The notes beneath the pieces are model-generated. The model made no database searches, was not told the origin of the DNA, and worked only from the letters and a program-made list of their open reading frames with translations. From IMG/VR virus record IMGVR_UViG_3300035698_029580: DNA of 64,000 bases. One strand, given 5' to 3'. The position numbers and the translations under genes are program-made. The stretch is from a virus. Its lineage: Duplodnaviria; Caudoviricetes. Shown here one piece after another: positions 61,335 through 64,000 of this stretch; positions within the stretch are counted from its first letter, which is position 1; each line of letters begins with the position of its first letter.

Positions 61335-61655
61335 ATGATGAAGTTGCTAACAAAAGAAATTAGAAAAAACCTTCCCAAACTTTACTCCCAAGAAAAGGTA
61401 GAAGATCCTATCGTCCGAGTTAAGTTTTTCCATCCTATGAGTAACTGGACTTGGTATGCCACCGAAGGAGAACCAGTCTTAGATGATGATGGAAATGAAG
61501 TTGATTTTAGTTTCTTTGGTGCAGTCGATGGGTTTGAGTTTGAGTTAGGTTATTTCTCTTTGAATGAGTTGGAAAGTGTAAATGTAAGAGGTTTGGGAAT
61601 TGAGAGAGATAAGTGGTTTCATCCTGTGCCTCTTTCACAAGTAAAAGGAAAGTAA
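61335..61655 (+). CDS. DUF2958 family protein
   Basis: LPKLYSQE, KFF.P...WTWYATE, FFG.V.G.E.ELGYFSL.EL, IERD..F. Confidence 0.85.
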   Translation: MMKLLTKEIRKNLPKLYSQEKVEDPIVRVKFFHPMSNWTWYATEGEPVLDDDGNEVDFSFFGAVDGFEFELGYFSLNELESVNVRGLGIERDKWFHPVPLSQVKGK

Positions 61656-61806
61656 GTCTTCTTTACTCGGGCAAACTGTTAATGGTATTGGTTCTGAAAT
61701 CTCAATCATAGACCATCAGTAAAATGGCTTGCAGTTAGTCCACTTTTTCCAGCAAAATAATTTTTCTTGCATTAAAATAAAAAAGGAAAAACAGAAAGGT
61801 TAAAAA

Positions 61807-62196
61807 ATGCTTACAAGAGATTTGGTAAAACAATTGCATAGAGAAGTTGATTATGCTATCGAGACAATTGCTAATAAACATGGTTTGATAGTTTCAACTG
61901 GTGCTTTTTCTTATAATGAAACAGAAGGAAGAGTAAAAATAAAGTTTCAGTCCTTAACAGAAAATGAAAATGGGGATATAGAAACTCCATCTGAAAGGGA
62001 TTTTAGATTATATGCTGATGGATATGGTTTGAAACCCACTGATATTAAAAGAGTGTTTGTTCATAATGGAGAAAAATTCAAGATTACAGGGTTGAAAACG
62101 TCAAGACGTAAATATCCTGTATCTGCTGAAAGAGTCAAGGATAAAAAAGTGTTTAAGTTTTCTTCCAGTATTGTTTCTATGCTTTTAGCATCATAA
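61807..62196 (+). CDS. hypothetical phage protein
   Basis: F...G....I.GL...RRKYP pattern. Confidence 0.7.
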   Translation: MLTRDLVKQLHREVDYAIETIANKHGLIVSTGAFSYNETEGRVKIKFQSLTENENGDIETPSERDFRLYADGYGLKPTDIKRVFVHNGEKFKITGLKTSRRKYPVSAERVKDKKVFKFSSSIVSMLLAS

Positions 62197-62643
62197 ATTT
62201 TCCAGCATTAAAATCAAAAAGACAATAAGATATGGTAATCACTACTAGACAAATAAATATGATTATACAAATGCTGAAGAAGGACACTAGCAAGGAAGGT
62301 AGAGATAGTCTAACTTTTTATCAGGGAGTTTTGCTACAAATGTTAGCACAGAAGAAACCTGAAAGGGATGTTGATTTAACAGATTTAGGAGAAGTTGGAG
62401 AAAATTTCAAAAAAATTATAGCACAATTAGAAAATAAAAATAAAATTATGAACGAAGAGAGCAGAGGAAGAAAATGATTAAATGTAATGGTTGTGGAGAA
62501 AAGGTTAATTTGAAAGATAATTATGGTATTTGTTATATGTGTGGAGAATTTATTTATCCCGAACCAAAAAATAAAGAATTTGCTATAAATGCTGAATTGA
62601 CAAAGGTTTGTGAGCCTGTTTGAATTTTTCCTTTTTTGTTTGG

Positions 62644-62681
62644 TACCTCTCAAATATAACTTATTTGAGGGGTATTTTTTT
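62644..62681 (+). terminator. rho-independent terminator
   Basis: TACCTCTCAAATA/TATTTGAGGGGTA + T run. Confidence 0.75.
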
Positions 62682-63402
62682 ATTTTCCAGCATTATGTTT
62701 TTTGATATAATAGGATAAGAAAAAAATAAATTTTTAAGGAAAAAACGATGGACACTCAAGAACAATTTGCTAAGTTAAATAATGATGATGATATTATGAA
62801 GTGGGAATTTTCTGATATTCCAGAAAATGAGCGTCTTAATGTTGATCAAACATTATGTGGGATGTTAAAAGTACAAACACTTATGAAGAAACCTGCTAGA
62901 TTTTGGTTGGGTATGTGTGCAGAACATGACATTATATATTTTCCTACACCAGATGAAATTAGCGAGGAAGATGCTATTTACTTGTTGCGTTGTGGTCTAT
63001 TTTTTGATACTGAATGTGATTGCTTATCAATTTTTACATAATTTTTGCAGGAAAAAATAATGGAAAGTATAACACAAGTTTTTGTTGAAAATATGGAATC
63101 TAATTTGGCAAATATGGAGAAAATTTTAGCCAAAAATGATTATGACAGATATTTGTTAAATTTGGTTATGCACCTTCGGGATATTCTTAGAATACATGAA
63201 GTGGATAAATTAACAATAGAACAAGCCAAAATGTTAATTCGTTTAGATGGTGTTGTAAACAACTTATATACACAAGTGAAAGTGGTTGACAAAGATGAGT
63301 ATAGACAATATTCAAAAGATTTGTTATCAGTAGGTTTGACTTGGTTGCCTGTCACCGAAAAAGCTCAAAAAGATATTGAAAATTTCAAAAAGGAATTAAA
63401 AA

Positions 63403-63585
63403 ATGGTTAGTGTTGACAAAATAATGGATTATGAGAGCGGAGAAATGAATGAAGATGAGATGATTAAGATGTTTGCAGAGATGATAAAGGATGGTAGTGT
63501 GTGGAGGTTACAAGGATGTTATGGCAGACAAGCAAAGAATCTTATAGATAATGGAATTATTAGCACTGATGGAGAAGTAATTTAA
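63403..63585 (+). CDS. small conserved phage protein (YE.GE..W.LQG.YGR.A)
   Basis: Motif pattern; AAGGA RBS. Confidence 0.7.
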   Translation: MVSVDKIMDYESGEMNEDEMIKMFAEMIKDGSVWRLQGCYGRQAKNLIDNGIISTDGEVI

Positions 63586-63636
63586 TTTTCCAGCATTAAA
63601 AAACTTTTTCCATTAAAATAAAAAAGGAATTAAAAA

Positions 63637-63849
63637 ATGGTAAAAAACAGTCTAGTAAAATATCCTGAAATTGAAGTACAATTAACTGGAGAAGATGGCA
63701 ATGCTTTTTTCATTATGGGCAAAGTAGCCAAAGCAATGAAAAGAAATGGAGTATCACAAGAAGAAATTGATGCTTATTTGAAAGAGGCTAAGTCAGGAGA
63801 TTATGATAACTTGTTGCGGGTTACAATGGATTGGGTAACAACCTTTTAA
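63637..63849 (+). CDS. small conserved protein (GEDGNAF..MG..SGDY..LL)
   Basis: Motif pattern; behind promoter motif. Confidence 0.75.
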   Translation: MVKNSLVKYPEIEVQLTGEDGNAFFIMGKVAKAMKRNGVSQEEIDAYLKEAKSGDYDNLLRVTMDWVTTF

Positions 63850-64000
63850 GAAAAATAAAAAAAAATAATTTTCCAGCATTATAAAAATTTTACCATTAAA
63901 ATAAAAAGTGAATAGATGTCTGTGTAGTTTATGTTGGTTAAAACACTCTTGTTGTCCTGACGGGCAATATCTTATTAGACAATTGACTACTGCCAAAATA

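Larger units (their letters stand above)
1225..63878 (+). promoter_or_regulatory. dispersed TTTTCCAGCA-N~17-TAAAAT/TATAAT promoter-like motif family (>40 copies by manual count)
   Basis: Copies e.g. at 1225, 4754, 5081, 6667, 8267, 10288, 12501, then densely 36802-63869; intergenic or overlapping the upstream stop, usually followed by ATTAAAATAAAAA, an RBS and ATG. Confidence 0.85.

Noticed and set aside
61669-61741. c-di-GMP-I riboswitch (GGGCAAAC)
   Set aside because: Only an imperfect long hairpin; no GNRA/receptor or second stem pattern
735-63355. Minus-strand and nested alternative-frame ORFs in the track
   Set aside because: They shadow + strand genes or RNAs, have F/L/I/S-biased composition and lack RBSs
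45461-63905. Integron attC cassette array
   Set aside because: Repeats lack RYYYAAC/GTTRRRY ends and palindromic structure, no integrase is in the window, and a promoter-like layout fits better

Overview
Very AT-rich, gene-dense segment with essentially all real genes on the + strand, typical of the accessory part of a large (jumbo/huge) tailed phage. No structural or core replication genes are in this window. A prepilin/DUF1559-type gene and paired MIKFSC..C zinc-ribbon genes suggest a Planctomycetota/PVC host (inference). 0-13 kb holds a dispersed tRNA cluster (His, Cys, Gly, Phe, three Leu, plus atypical UAU, CAU and D-armless GUA species), a group I intron at tRNA-Leu(UAA) position 26/27, a WGR-PARP and two partial DNA methyltransferases. 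13-36 kb holds long operons with NADAR, RfaE-II, a stand-alone Cas6 behind a CRISPR-repeat-like hairpin, four tandem proteins sharing an MNWY..(A/S)Q N-terminal tag, DUF2130, DHH, and an array of B-box-like zinc-finger paralogs in a visibly C-rich stretch. 35.6-37.4 kb is a non-coding, repeat-rich candidate origin. 37-64 kb holds dozens of short genes, many behind a conserved TTTTCCAGCA-N17-TAAAAT promoter-like cassette, and two large tRNA-mimic RNAs. All calls are by eye from motifs; no database search was run.
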